DNA of 64,000 nt from Phaeosaccion multiseriatum (lineage: Eukaryota; Protista; Ochrophyta, other classes), in assembly GCA_965112735.1 (NCBI GenBank), contig OZ218956.1, positions 1,426,001-1,490,000 of the forward strand, in the 5' to 3' direction. Below are positions 1 through 13,037 of this stretch, piece by piece; the stretch's first letter is position 1; every line of letters starts with the position of its first letter. The notes beneath the pieces were generated by a model that worked only from the letters and a program-made list of their open reading frames with translations, did no database searches and was not told where the DNA came from. Both the position numbers and the translations under genes were made by a program.

Positions 1-969
1 TTTTTTTATTATTAAGACACACACATACTTCCAGTGTCCAACGGTGATCGGGGCGTTCCAGATAAAAATGCTCACGTTCGCAGTGGAAACCCTTGCAGAG
101 GCTGATTGGCCATCGGCCTTTTGCTCCGGTACGACGAGGTCTGGCATCTTCTAGATGCGGTTGCCAAGTGGTTGGTCCCAGTTCTGGGCGAAGACTGCTG
201 GATCGAGCCCGATACAAACGTATCGTATGGGCTCTTTGGCTCGACACGCTGCGTGCTGCCAATGTTGTTGCCTCACCGTCGGCGGACTTGATGCGCACAG
301 ACACGAAATGTCACCACCGCACCAACATTAGACTTAGAAGGTGGCTCGGTCCCGAGGTACAGTGGCAAGAACTTTGGCCACTCGCACCGCGATAGGCGTT
401 ACGACCAATGCCATATTGCCGACACAGAGGAGTTTCGCTTTTGCAATGCCTGGATCCCCATCATCCCGTCCGGGGCAGCACTGGACAGCGTTGACCTTGG
501 TTGCTACCGCTGGAGACGTGTGCGCGTGGGTACCATTAGCGATCCACTGGGGGAATCCTTGCCATAGGGTCTCGTTGAGGAGCCTCGCATGTCAATCGCT
601 GCCACGTTTCGTCGTCAAGAGGCGCACCGATCTGCGTGACATCAGCGACATCACACCAACAAGCAACCACAGCACCGCTACAGTAGGCACCGACTCCGCC
701 ATTGTAGCAGCGGGCCGAGTGCGATGTCGTGTAGTGAGATTGGCGAGGTGGCGCTCTCTCGCAGACTCAGTTTTGTAGCAAAAGGCCCTTCCCGGCTTCA
801 GCCATTGGTACCCTGGGGGTTTCCGGGTTGGTCTGTGCAGCGACTCGAGCAGGGATCTTCCGAGCTGCAAACTGCGAGGCTCGGCCTGAGACAGCTCCGC
901 ATATTTTTTGTAATTAAAAAATTTAATTTGATTTTAAAGAGTAACTTTTAACGAGGACCCGTTTGCTCC

Positions 970-3900
970 TCACCGCCTCCCGCCCACCCAAACCCTTCCT
1001 GTGGGGTCCTCTTGCTCTGCGAAGTGGCGCAGATCGTATTGGCCCGGGCCGGGTGACGTCACTGCATCGACCTCTCGCTTGGCCCAATGCAGTTGCTCGT
1101 TGGTGAGCAGCAACGGCCTCTTAGTGCTGCTGTTGTCACCTCCACCGCTGGTGCTGCTGCCGCGCCGCCCCCTAGCCCCCCTCCTCCCCCTCCTCCCCCT
1201 ACTTGTAGCACCCGCTGCCGTATCACCAACTGCTGCTGCTGCTGCTGCTGCTGCCGCCTCACCAGCGGCTCCAAGCCCAGCTCCGCCGGTCCCTCCCGCC
1301 CTTGCCGCGGCGAGGAGGATGCTGTGCGAGAGAGAACCGTTCCCACCACCACGGCCACCACCACTACCCCCCTTCTTCGTTCCTCCCACCGCCTCGATAG
1401 ACCCGTACGTCGGGCCGGGTCTGAGCCTCCCCTGCTGAGTCTCAAGAGTGTGCCTCCCGCCCCGCCCCGCCGAGATTCGCCGGAGCGCCTCCTCGTCTCT
1501 CTGGAACTTGAGCAGTCGAATTACTTCGCGCCGTACCTCGTTCTTCTCCTCTGCGGCCTTTTGCAGAATGGCCCGACGGGCCCTCTTCTCGAGCTCTGCG
1601 TCTCCCTGCAAAGTGCATCAGTTTGAAGTTTTGAATTGAAGTTCGTGGGTTCAAGTTCGGTTCAGGTCAGGACGGGGGAGGGGGGTGGTTTAAAGCAAAT
1701 AAAAGGAGGCCCACAACCAAAACAAGAAAGTGACAAACACACACTCATCGAGGCTGCCCATACATATAAGGACTGGTCGCAGCAAGGCACTGTTTCAGCG
1801 GCAGTCTCGGTTGTCAGCTCAACTCACCATTTGCTGCGCGTGAGCGAGCGCCTCCTTGGGCGATATGATGCATTTGATGAGGTAGTTGCGCAAGTTGTCC
1901 TCGATCTCGTGCTGCAAGCTCTTGACGGCGTTTCTAGTAGGGGGAAAGGGGTCAAGAGGGAGGCGCGGGTGGGCGGGTTGGGGTGTGAATATATGCTGCA
2001 TGTGTGTCTGTCTATCAGTCTGTCTGTCTGTCTGCATGTATGATACATGTCAGCATGTGTTGAACGATTCTCTCTTTTTAACGACACCCTTCCGGAGCCC
2101 CCAGCCACCCCCCCCAACTCTCTCCTCCTTCTCACCTGTGTAACGCCGTGTGCATAGTCTGCTCCAAACGCCTCCGTTCTTGCCCCTCCTTGAGTTGCTC
2201 ATACTCCTTCTCCTTCTTCTTCCTCCACTCGTCCTCTATCCTCCAGTGCTCGGCCTCTTGCGCCTTCTTGCTCTCGAGCTCCTGCCTCACGAGCTCTGCC
2301 CGGGCACTCCTCTCGCTGGCCTGTTGCATGGTGCGCAACTGGCGCTCGTGCTGATGGATGAAAGAGGGCGGGGGGTGGGAGACTAGTAAGTAGAGCACAA
2401 GCAACCGCACCACTTGCATTCCCTCCCTCCCTCCCTCCCTCCCTCCCTCCCTCCCTCCCTCCCTCCCTCACTCACTCACTCACTCACTCACTCACTCACT
2501 CACTCACTCACTCACTCACTCACTCACTCACTCACTCACTCACTCACTCACTCACTCACTCACCTCAGCATGTCTCGCCCTCTCTCCTCTCCGCTGCTCC
2601 TGCGCCTGATACTCCGCCACCCTCCCGTAGTACTCATCCAGCCGGGCCACGAGGTACTCCCCTCTCCGCTCCTCCGTCCGCCGCTCCTTGGCCAGCATGG
2701 CCCCGTTCTTTTGCAGCTCCTCCGAGACAATCTGCTCAATCTCCTTCTCCGTCAGCACGACTGCCTTGAACTCGCCCGGCTGCACCAGACCACAGCCTTC
2801 TTGTTGCGCTCCCGCCGCCCCTTTGGGTGCACCTGCCAGGTCTCCTCCCCCTCCCCCCGTCCGTAGCAGCATGTCCGTTACCCCCCTGTCGGCCCGTAGA
2901 GTGGAGTCGAAACCGTAGTCATACGACGTCATTGCGCTCCTCCCCGGCTCATGTGACTCGTGTACAGTAGCCGTGTGACCCACACCCCACGCCTCTCTCT
3001 CTCGGTCCATCCGCGGACTGTGCGAGCGTTTGCCCGTCTTTGAAGCCACCATCTTCTCTACCGTCTCCGCCAAGCGATTCAGAGGGCTCGGCGAGCGGTA
3101 GCGCGAACGTGAGCTGCCGCGAGAGGCGGTAGGTGCGGCGGCGGTCAGGCTCGAGGGAGAGAGGGATCTCTTCCTCCCCCTGCCGCGCATCGCCTCACGG
3201 AAACCTCCACCTTGTTCTCCTGCGTGGCAGATTGGACTCTGGGGAGCACTGGTAGAGAGAGGCCGAAGGGCTGCCGCAGATGACACCCCAGATACCCCAG
3301 ATGGCGACACCTGCCCCTCGTGCGGCTTGTGCTGCTCCTGCTGCTGGTCCTGCTGCTGGTCCTGCTGCTGCTCCTGCTGCTGGTCCTGCTGCTGCTCCTG
3401 CTGCTGCTCCTGCTGCTGCTCCTGGCGTTCCTCTTGCTCGTCCTCCCGCTCCTGCTCCTGCCCCTCTCGTCCCCCCTCTCGCTCCTCCTCTCTCCCCCCC
3501 TCCCCCTCCTCATGTGCGTCAAGCTCACAGTAGTGGCGACCGCTGATGATCAACGCCGCAGCCACGTCCCCTTCGTCATCTCCCTCCACTAACGCCACGA
3601 TATCCTCCCCTCTGCCCACCGTCTGTCCCAGAGGGGCGTCACAGCACACAAGACGCCGGCGTTGGACATTCACCATCCCAGTCACAGATGCTGCCAAGAG
3701 CCCTTTTCGCCGCTCCTCCGCTCTTCTTACTGCCTCCAAGAGATGAGAGCCCGGCAAGGAAGGGTCCACGACAAGGACGTACGTGCTCGAGCGGACTCGA
3801 ACCTGCACACGGTCGGAGCGAGCGAGCAGAGCCATGGGACTCGACGACGACGGAGCTCCTCCTCCTGCTGTATCACCAACTGCTGCTGCTGCCGGGAACT

Positions 3901-6900
3901 TGCTACTGCTGCTATTGAACCCCCCCTCCTTTCGTGGACTCTCACTACCACCAGATCCAAGTGGGGGTTGGCGGCGACGGCGGGGGCTGCTACTGAAGCT
4001 GCTGCGAGGGGAACCAGTGAGCGATCTGGACCGGAGGCGTTCAGCAGACCAGTCTCCGCTCCCCTCATTGGTCTGGCCTTGCACATGATGCCCTGAGAAG
4101 GTTTTCTTCCACCCCCTACGCACAGCGGCGGAGAGTGAAACAGAAACCGAACCTGACACGGAGCCCCTCATGCTCCACCCGTCGTCCTGCTCGTCCTGCT
4201 CCTCCTGCTCCTCCTCCTCCTCCTCCTCCTCCTGCTGCTGCTCCTCCTCCTCCTCCTCCTGCTGCTGCTGCTGCTGCTCCTCCTCCTCCTCCTCCTCCTC
4301 CGCCTCCTCCTCCTCCTCCTCCTCCTCCTCCTCCTCCTCCTCCTCCTCCACCACCACCTCCTCCTCCTTTGTCTCCTCCTCCTCCACCACCTCCTCCTCC
4401 TTTGTCTCCTCCTCCTCCTGCTCCTGTCCTTCGTCCACCCCTCCCCCCTCGTCTTGGTACCCTTCACCCATCCTATTCCGCTGGTCATGGCCAGCAAATA
4501 CGAGAGGCCTCCCACCGCAGCTATATAGTTTTCCCGAGGGGGGCGAGGGAGAGAAGTCTATAGGAACAATCGTCGTACCAAAGGCTTCGGAGCTGATCGA
4601 GGCACCAGGGCTCGCAGAGGGGAGGGGTGAGCAAGGAGAGCAAGAAGGCCCCACATGGTGGTGGGGCATCGATGGCCTCGCACCCCCCCGGGAGGAGGAG
4701 GTGGCGATGGCGATGCCTTCTTGTCGGTTGTCCTCCTCCTCCTCCTGCTGCTGCTGCTCCTCCTCCTCCTCCTCCTCCTCCTCCTGCTCCTCCTCCTTCT
4801 CCTCTTCTTCCTCTTCCTCTTCCTCCTCTTCCTCTCCCTCCTCCTCCTGCTGCTGTTCTTGTCGCAACTGCGGCTGCTCGTGTGAATCTCGAAGTCTCAT
4901 GTCCGAGCTCCCTTCCTGGGGCAGCCGAACCCTTCCGCTGTCTCTGTTTCCGTCCGACTGTAGCGCCCGCGTACCGGCGCTTGTTCTCTTCCTTCTGCCC
5001 CCGCTCCTTGCTACTTCTTTCCCGTCCCTTTCCCTGTCCTCTCTTTCCTGTGGCCTCAGTTTCCCCACGCCTCCTCTGTGACCTCTGCCTGCGGCCTTGC
5101 TGCCCTTGCTGCCCTTACCCCCCTTGATCCCCTTGCTTGCCTTGCTTGCCTTGCTCGCCTTGTTGGCAAAGAAGCTGCCTTCTCGGGCAAATCCTTCGCT
5201 TCCGTCGGTGGTGGTATCAACGGCGGGGGCACTACTGCTCATGCTGCTTGCGCTCTTGCTTCGCCGTCTTCCTACCGCCAGACTAGTGCCACGGGCGTAC
5301 GGTGGAGTCTTCTCGCCAATGCCGCCGCCGCCGCCGCCGTTGCTGCTGTGGCTACTTTCTCCTCCACCTCCCCGCCGCTCCTGCTGCTGCTTGTCCTTCC
5401 TTCTCCGAGCTCTCTCCTCCCTCCGTTCGGGAGAGGGAAGCTGACCCCCCATGACCACAAAGAGGTGAGCATCCGTCGCCGCCCCCTCCAGGCGACTCTT
5501 GGGTGAGCTCGGATGCAGGTTGAGGGCCTTGACGTTTACAGTCAGCGGCAGCGGACGCGACACCGGTGACGGCTGAGGAGGGGCCGCTACCACCCCACTG
5601 TCACCCATCCCTTCTTCCTCCTCCTCCTCTTCCTCCTCCTCCTGTTGCTGCTGCTGCTGCTGCTCCTCCTCCCCCTGCTGCTGCTGCTGCTGCTCGACGA
5701 CTTCTTTCCCTCTGCCCCCTCCCCTCACAACAGCGGCCGTTCGGGGAGCGTCAGCCGTAGCACCAACAGCCTGACCTAAGCCATCTGTCAGATCCGCTGG
5801 AACCCTTTTCGCGCCCCCCCACTCGGAGTCTACGTCAGAGTCCCTGTGCAGCCAATTGGTAATCGATGTCTTGTCCTCCTCCTCCTCCTCCTCCCCCTCC
5901 TCCTCCTCCTCCTCCTCCTCCTCCTCCTCCTCCTCCTCCTCCTCCTCCTCCTCCTCCTCCTCCTCCTCGTCCTTGTTATCCTCATCTTCCTCCTCTTCCT
6001 CCTCCTTGTCTTGCTCCTCTTCCTCTTCCATGTCTCGCCCCCCCTCCACCTCCGCCTCCTCCTCCGCACTTTCTCGAATACTCTTTTTACGATCAAACAC
6101 GGGAGAGGGAGACTGTGAGGTCGAGGCAGAGGTGGGGGGCGATTCAGAGTCTGAGCCGAAAAGGGAAAGATCTCGCTGCAACTGCTGCTGCCGCTGCTGC
6201 TGCTGCTGCTCCTCCTCCTCCTCCTCTTTCTCCCGCTGCCGCAGCTGCTGCTCCTCCTGGCGCTGCAGCAACCGAAGTGCCTCCCTCTGTTCCTTAACCC
6301 GAATCTTCTTCAGCCTTCTCTGCTCCTCCTCCCACTGGTGCAGCTCCGCAGGACTGGACACAGGCCGTAGGCTGCCTGCCCAGCAGGCACTGGTCTCCAC
6401 GAGAGGGTTCGCCCTCATGCTGTTAGGCCCTCCTTCTCCTCCCCCTCCTCCCCCTCCTCCCCCTCCTCCTCCTCCTCCTCCTCTTGCTGCTGCTGCTTTC
6501 TGTCCTGCCTTGGAATACACGCTGCCATGACGCTTCGCACTTTCAGACTTCGAGGCCTCGCCGGAGGACATTCTCCGAACGAACTCTCGCTGGCGAGCAG
6601 CCGCACTGATTGCTCCTGGCTCTACTCCTGCCCTCTCCCTCGCCTCTTCCTCCGGCGACGCCATGGACGCCACAGATGGCGAAGCAGAGGGGGCAGAGCG
6701 AAGAGAACCTGAGAGCCAACAGTCGGAGGAGAGATAGAGAGAGGGAGCGTGTGAGAGAACAGAGAGAGATGCTCTACGCAGCAAACAAACAAACAAACAA
6801 ACAAAACAAACAAACGAGCCAACCCACCAACAAACCAACATGGCGCCACAACCACTCACAACTCTTCCCCCTTTCCTTACCTGACCAGCTCGCCTTAGGC

Positions 6901-8212
6901 TTGTCGTTGAGCAGACTGTCTCGCTTCTCCACCTCGGGCTTCCTCCAAGAAGTAGTCCACGACAACTTTTGCTTTCCTTTCCCTGTCCCGGCGAGGGCTA
7001 GCGACTCTGCACTCCCTCTCCTGTCGCCGCCGCCGGAGGTGGAAGACGTTGACACGGCAGACGCGTTGAACATCTTTCGGCGCGATGCGCTTCCTGCGCC
7101 GGTGCTGGCGCTGGTACTTCTCGAGCCTTCGTTCTTTAGCCTCGTCGATGGCCCATCAGTAACGCTGGCCTGTGCTGTCGTGAGCTCCGTCGGTGGCCGG
7201 AACGTAACGGCAATGGGGGGTTGCAATGCCCGCAGCAGTTCGATCTGCTTCGCCTGCTGCTGCCGAGGGGGCAACAAGCCGGCATCCGCGAAGGAGTCGA
7301 CCTTCAGGCCGTTGATGGCCATGAGGAGCATTCCGCGATACAGGGCTGAGGAGTACTGTGCGGCCGCCTCGCCACCCTCCTCCACGTCGGCAATCATCAG
7401 GCGGCGGCCAGAGGGGTCGGGCTCCTGCGTAGGTTCAGTTCCGAGTAGGGGGGGGGGGTTGGGTTGTGTTGAAAGCATTCAGAATGGGAATCTTGAGGGT
7501 CAGAGCGTACGAGAGGCAGAGGGACCGCATCGAGTGATGACGCTGATGGAGGTGATGACGGATCCCAGAGTCAAGATATGCGTACCAAATGGATTTTCCA
7601 CTCGTTGAATGGGCGGTTGAATTGGCAAACAATCCTCCCAGACGGGGCTGTACTGCTGCTGCTGAAGGACGAGCTCCGGCTGTAGTTGCTGGCATTACTA
7701 CTGAGCGAGTCCCTGCTGTACGTGCTCCCCTTCCTGCTGCCCATGCGTCTCAGTCCCTCGCGACCGTTATCGACACCAGCCACCCCGGTCGATCCAGCGA
7801 AATCTACGCTTCCTCCCTCTACTGCTGGTTGGGCTTCTCCTCCACTTGTGGCTGCTTCGTCTTCGGCTGTTGGTGGAAGAGCACTAGGTGGCTCCATGGC
7901 TGATGCTGCTGCCGGTGCTGCTGCTCGCCTCGTAGGCTCGCCCACCCCACCCTCCTCTGCCTGGCCTTCAATCTCGCCAAGGGACGCCCTGGAAGTAGAA
8001 GCTTCTCCATCAGTCACGCCGTCAGGCGTAGCAGGAGGAGGAGGTGCCCCTGGCTCTCCTCCTGCACCAAGACCATGGCTGGCGACAGGGGCAGAAGCGA
8101 GATCAACAGGTCCGGCACCACCCTCAGTAGCACCAGCAGCGGGACTGGAGGGCGACAGGGTAGGAGTACGGAGCTCGTCACCGCCTTCAGCGTCTTCAGG
8201 TATGGAGGTCAT
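970..8212 (-). CDS. Large multi-exon low-complexity protein with N-terminal PDZ-like domain, possible ubiquitin-like fold, C-terminal coiled coil and a PGPGxY motif
   Basis: ATG at 8212. The first splice joins ...EWKIHL|EPDPSGRRLMIADVEEGGEA...MLLMAING (PDZ-like). The GTAAG donor near 6881 and CAG acceptor near 6709 keep frame into the 4.1-kb exon (ORF 2552-6859). Further exons lie at about 2136-2350, 1827-1920 and 970-1608. Long poly-E/Q/G runs. Confidence 0.65.
2420..2563. repeat. Compound intronic microsatellite (CCCT)n+(CACT)n
   Basis: Directly visible. On the minus strand the intron starts at 2563 with (GTGA)n. Confidence 0.95.
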
Positions 8213-8593
8213 GGACAGCCCGGCGCAACAACAAAAGACTTTTGCCGAAGCGGAGAATCTCTATAAGCTCACTCAGCCAAACCACAACACCAATAAGAGG
8301 ACAGCCACTTCTTCTCCTACATGGCCATGTTCTTCCGATATCGTTCTTCCCTACCACCCTGAGCAGTCCCTCTTTTTTTGTTTGAGGGAAGTATAAGCAT
8401 TCAACCGCCCAGATAACGAGCTGGAATTCAAATTTATTCCTCGGGGGCTATAAAATTCAAACCCCCTTCTTCCTTCTCCCTCTCTCTCTCTCCCTTTTAA
8501 TAAGAAAGTCTGCCTTGGAGGGGGGAGCAATGTTGTGTTGCAGGCCATCTTCTCTATCAGTGGAGGGATCGGGATTTTCTTGAGTCCCTAAAG

Positions 8594-11013
8594 ATGGCGG
8601 CAGGGGAGGATGATGAAAGCATCGAGGCACTTTTGCTCGAGGCGCTTGCCGCACCACCACCTCCACCAGAAGCAGCAGCTAACGAGTGCCTCCTACACCA
8701 GTCGGAGGAGTACGAATATGATCCCAAGAAACAGCTGTACAATGGCGACATATCTAGTCTCGTGGAGCAGCCACCGTCTGGAGATCGAATGCCAGCTCCA
8801 CTCGGAAGAGGGGGGCGAGGAGGACAAGGAGGGGAATATAAAGCAGGAGATTCAACAGTCACCACCACAGGCGGAGTATCTCGTTTATCTGCCACGATTG
8901 AGGGGGTCGGAGTGGGGCATAGAGCACTCAATTCGAGACGTCGGGGCACCAGTGCTAGCAGGGGCAGAGGCAAGACGGAGGGTTTCGCAATGACCAATCT
9001 AGTGTGTCAACACGAGGCTCTGCGTACCTATGCATGCGACCTGTGTCTTCAGCTCAATGCGGCCAACGAGAAGAACGACGATCTCATGGTGAGTGAGACA
9101 CAATCAATACGGGAAAGAAAGAGAAAGGTGGCTTTTTTTGCAAGCTGCAAGCCAGCGTGACGGCCTTTTGTGGCTCATGATATCTTGGTCAGCACCTCCA
9201 CTATATGTATCGCCCTCACCCTTGACTTCCCCTCCTTCTCCTGAAATGGTACTTCAACACGCACATTCGGCGCGTCCGCTCAGGCACACTTACTGCTGCT
9301 CACCGCGGCGTACAACAGCACAGGTGGAGGAGCAGTCGAGAAGGAGGCGGGTAAACGCGCCCGGCAGACGAACGAGTCAAGGGGAGACTTGGACGGTGTG
9401 GAGAGAGGGAGAACCAACAGCAGTACCCGCGGCAGCACCAGCACCAGTGACTGTGAAAGAGAGTGCAGGGGTAGCAGAGGCAAGGAACGTGATGAGATGT
9501 GTAGAAAGGAAGACAACGGTGACGATGAAGAAGAGCAACATGGAGAAGGGATAGAAGGACAGGAAGAAAGACAACAGCAAGAAGAAGAAGTTCGAGAGGA
9601 AGGTCGACAAGTCTCGCTTATGACTCTCGCCCAGCTGAGGGGCACAATGCTCCAGGCAAGCTCCGCAGAGGCCCGCCACGCGCGAGAGTGTGTTACGCTG
9701 GTACAGCAGCAACTCGACGACCGCACCTACGCGCTACAGCGACTGAGAGTGCAGGCTAAGGAGCACCGTGCGAAGAGCGAGTCGGACGGTCACCGCTATC
9801 GAGTCCGCCTCGTTTCACTGCAGAAGGACCTGGACCTCGCTCAGCTTACAGAGCAGCGCCTGGCTCAGGTGAGGCGGAGAGCCTGGACGTGAAGGAGAAC
9901 AGAGGGTGGTGGTGGTGGTGGAGGAGGAGGAGGAGGAGGAGGAGGAGGAGGAGGAGGAGGAGGAGGAGGAGGAGGAAGAAGAAAGAGGAGGGTTGAGGAG
10001 AGACGGCGGGGAAAGGTGGGGATGAGTGGATGCCCCGTACTTCACACGTTGTGTCTTGTTCGCAAGAGAGAGAGAGAGAGGGTTGCCCATTGTCTTTCCT
10101 GCTTGCCGCTCGCGCCGTCCCTCCCTCATAATTCACTCTCCCTCCCCCCCTATGGCATTCCATCCAGCTGCTGCGGGAGTCTGAGGACAGTGAGGCGTGT
10201 TTGCATGCGGCGCTTGGCGAGGCGGAGAAGGACAAGGCGCAGGGAGAGGCAGAAAGGTACGGGAGTGCATCAATGGACTCGATGGATTGATTAGGGATCG
10301 ATTTGTATTGGGCAAACAATGACTGTGTCATTTGTATGGGCAAGGCATGCCTCATGGTTTGTCACATGGCAAGGTCTGGCCCGTGCAAGCACGCATAAGC
10401 TTGTTCTTCATCCATCCTATCTTGTCTATACCCTTCTATCTAGCAGCACTGCACCCATCGTTTCTCGTTTACATCAGCTTTTTCTTCGTTCTTCATCCCT
10501 GTTGTCTTGTGTCTTCACCCTTTTATCTAATAGCGCTGCACCCATCGTTTACACGCCTCCCACCCACCCCCCCACCACCCCCTCCACACCAGAGAGTCGC
10601 TCCGTGCCGAGCTGGAACGAACGCAGGAGCTACTCGAGGAGGAACGGCAGCGCACACTCTGTCTGCAACAAGACTTGGAGAGCAGCAGAGAACGCAACCT
10701 CCGTGCAGAGGGCCGGGTGGCGGTGCTGAGCAGCGGAGACATGGCTGAGGTGGAGGCGAGGTTGGCCATGGAGGCGCAGCGCACACGACAGGAGATGGAG
10801 CGAGAGAGGGGCTTGCTGTGGACGGAGGTGGCTGAGCTCAAGGCCAAACTGGCGGCTGCTACTGCCCAGGCTGCAGCCGCCAATCGCGCTGCAGCGGCTG
10901 CGGAGGAGAGGGCTGCTGCTGCTGCTGGTGGTGGTGGTGGTGGTAGTGGTGTTGGTGAAGCAGCCGCAGAAGCAGCAGCACCTACCACAAGGGGAGCGTT
11001 TGGCAATGGTTGA
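8594..11013 (+). CDS. Hypothetical coiled-coil protein (about 4 exons)
   Basis: ATG at 8594, donor GTGAGT at 9089. Exons about 9324-9868, 10168-10256 and 10592-11013 encode heptad-like E/R/Q/L-rich sequence. Stop TGA at 11011-11013. Confidence 0.6.
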
Positions 11014-12069
11014 CTTGAAAGGCGGAGGGGGGAGTTCTCTTTCCCTACCGTAGCCTAATCCTAACCCTAACCCTTCCACACAAAGACGGAGGCCAGCCAC
11101 CCTTGTCGCCTCATGCTCCGACGAGCTGAACGATCCTCCTCGGCTTTGTCACCGCGATGCCCGTCCAAGCCAGTCTTGCCAAGTACCAGGCGACCACCAG
11201 CAGCATGTGGTGATACAGCAAGCAGCAGCACCCGCAATCAAAGCTCGCGGTGGAAGCGTTTTCAGAGAGGAGCCATTGGGAAGCGCGCCAGTTGGTGATA
11301 CAGAGCAGCGGCAGCAGCAACAACAGCAGGTCTGGAGCCTCCTCAGCTGCCTGGGGCATAACAGCTCGTTATTCGACTGGAGGGGATGCAGCAGACCGCA
11401 GCTGCTCTCTTTTCTCAATCACCGCGCCATTATGCCCACCATCTGCTTCCATCACCTATTGAACCAGACCTCTCCCGCCCGCTCCCCCAAGGGGACAGGC
11501 GGTCACCAGGAGCAGAGGGTCAGAGGAGGGCGGACAGTCACCGGCGCAGAGTGGCCAGAGGAGGGTAGATGTACTTCAAAACGCGGGTGGACGGACAGTG
11601 CAGTCCCACCGAGAGGCCCAAGTAAGTACCCACAGGCCCGACCAGCGCGACACATTTCGTCTTTTTTCCCTTTCTCACCTACCGCGGTAAAGTGTGCAGA
11701 GTTCGCTCCACTCGCTCAGTGGGTGTGGTTAGGGTGTGGTTCAGTTGAGAATAGGGAAAGAGTGGACGCGGATGGCAACAAGGTAAAAAAATAAATGAAC
11801 TCTTAACTTATGTATTCGCGCTTACGACCCTATGAATCCTACGCCGACTTGTGCGGGTCCAAAGGAAGCAAGATTCTTCTCGAGGGTTCCTTTTGCACTT
11901 CCATCCCTCGTTCAATATTACTTACACCCGCTCCCTTTTCTCCCATTTCCCGTCTCTTATGTACCGAGTGATGTGCTGTAATAAGCATGATGTGTAGACC
12001 CGAAACGTTCCTTTTACATTTGGGTGGCTGGCGAACACCGGGCTACATGCTAGATAATGGTAGATACTA

Positions 12070-12179
12070 TTAGATGATGGCTGAGAAGGCCCTCTTGCTG
12101 GGTGGAATAAGCTCCGGAGTGAGCGTCTCGGGCAAGCGACCATCCCTCCCGTGCATGCGCATCAAGTGTCTGAAAGAGA

Positions 12180-12217
<38 letters not shown>

Positions 12218-13001
12218 AGAGAGCGCGAGAGGGAGAAGAGAGCGAGACAGAGCGAGTGAGGGAGAGTTAGGTGGGAAGATTCTACCGTGAGGAGGGGAGA
12301 AGAGAGAGGGCAGGTGCGAACCCGTCACTACATTCTCTCTCTCGCTTCTTTCAGAGTGCCAATCACACCAACATCAGCGCATTGCAACCCTCGCGGCAGC
12401 GCCACCAGCCCCCACTTACACTGCCAAAGAGAATTCATCCGCGTCGAGCATTCCATCTTGGTCTACGTCCGCTGCCGCCACCACCTTCTCCAGCAACGAG
12501 CGACGGGCTCTGAACCCCAGCCCTTCCCTCATCACCTCCACAGCTCTTCTCGCCTGAAGCTTCAGACCCCCTGAAGCAGCAGCAGCGGCAGCCGCAGCAC
12601 TTGCAGCCGCAGCGCCACTTGTGGCCCCGCTCACGGGCTCTCCTGCTGCCCCTCCTCCTGTTCCTCCTCCTCCTCTTCCCCCGCCCCGTGCCCGTGGCCT
12701 TCCTCCCATGATACCGAGGAATCCTCGACCTTGCGCTGTTGTTGCTGGTGCTGCTGGTGATGGGGTTGTTGCAGGTGCTGCTTCCGCCGAGGGCGATGCA
12801 TACACTTTGAATATTGCATCGAGGTCTCTCTTCTCCTCCTCTGTCACCACCCAGGGCACATTCGCGTCGGCGCCTTGCACCATGACGAAGCTGCCCGAGC
12901 TGTCCGGCACCGGCATGGCGTGGGGCAAGAGTTGGTATGCCGCTTCTTCTCCGCCCACTTCACAGGCCGCTGTATCGTCACCCTCTGCTGCGGCATCACC
13001 A

Positions 13002-13037
<36 letters not shown>

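Noticed and set aside
4135-6530. Plus-strand poly-Pro/Ser/Leu ORFs (extensin- or formin-like)
   Set aside because: They are antisense shadows of (GAG)n/(CAG)n runs in the real minus-strand exon.
7430-7460. Apparent non-canonical acceptor in the first gene
   Set aside because: A canonical CAG a few bases further along gives an in-frame junction. All introns checked are GT-AG.
11054-11074. Telomere-like CCTAAT CCTAAC CCTAAC CCT
   Set aside because: Only about 3 imperfect units in an SSR-rich genome, which is insufficient to call an interstitial telomere.
11111-11794. ORFs downstream of the coiled-coil gene
   Set aside because: No motif and no verified splice connection; likely 3' UTR or intergenic.
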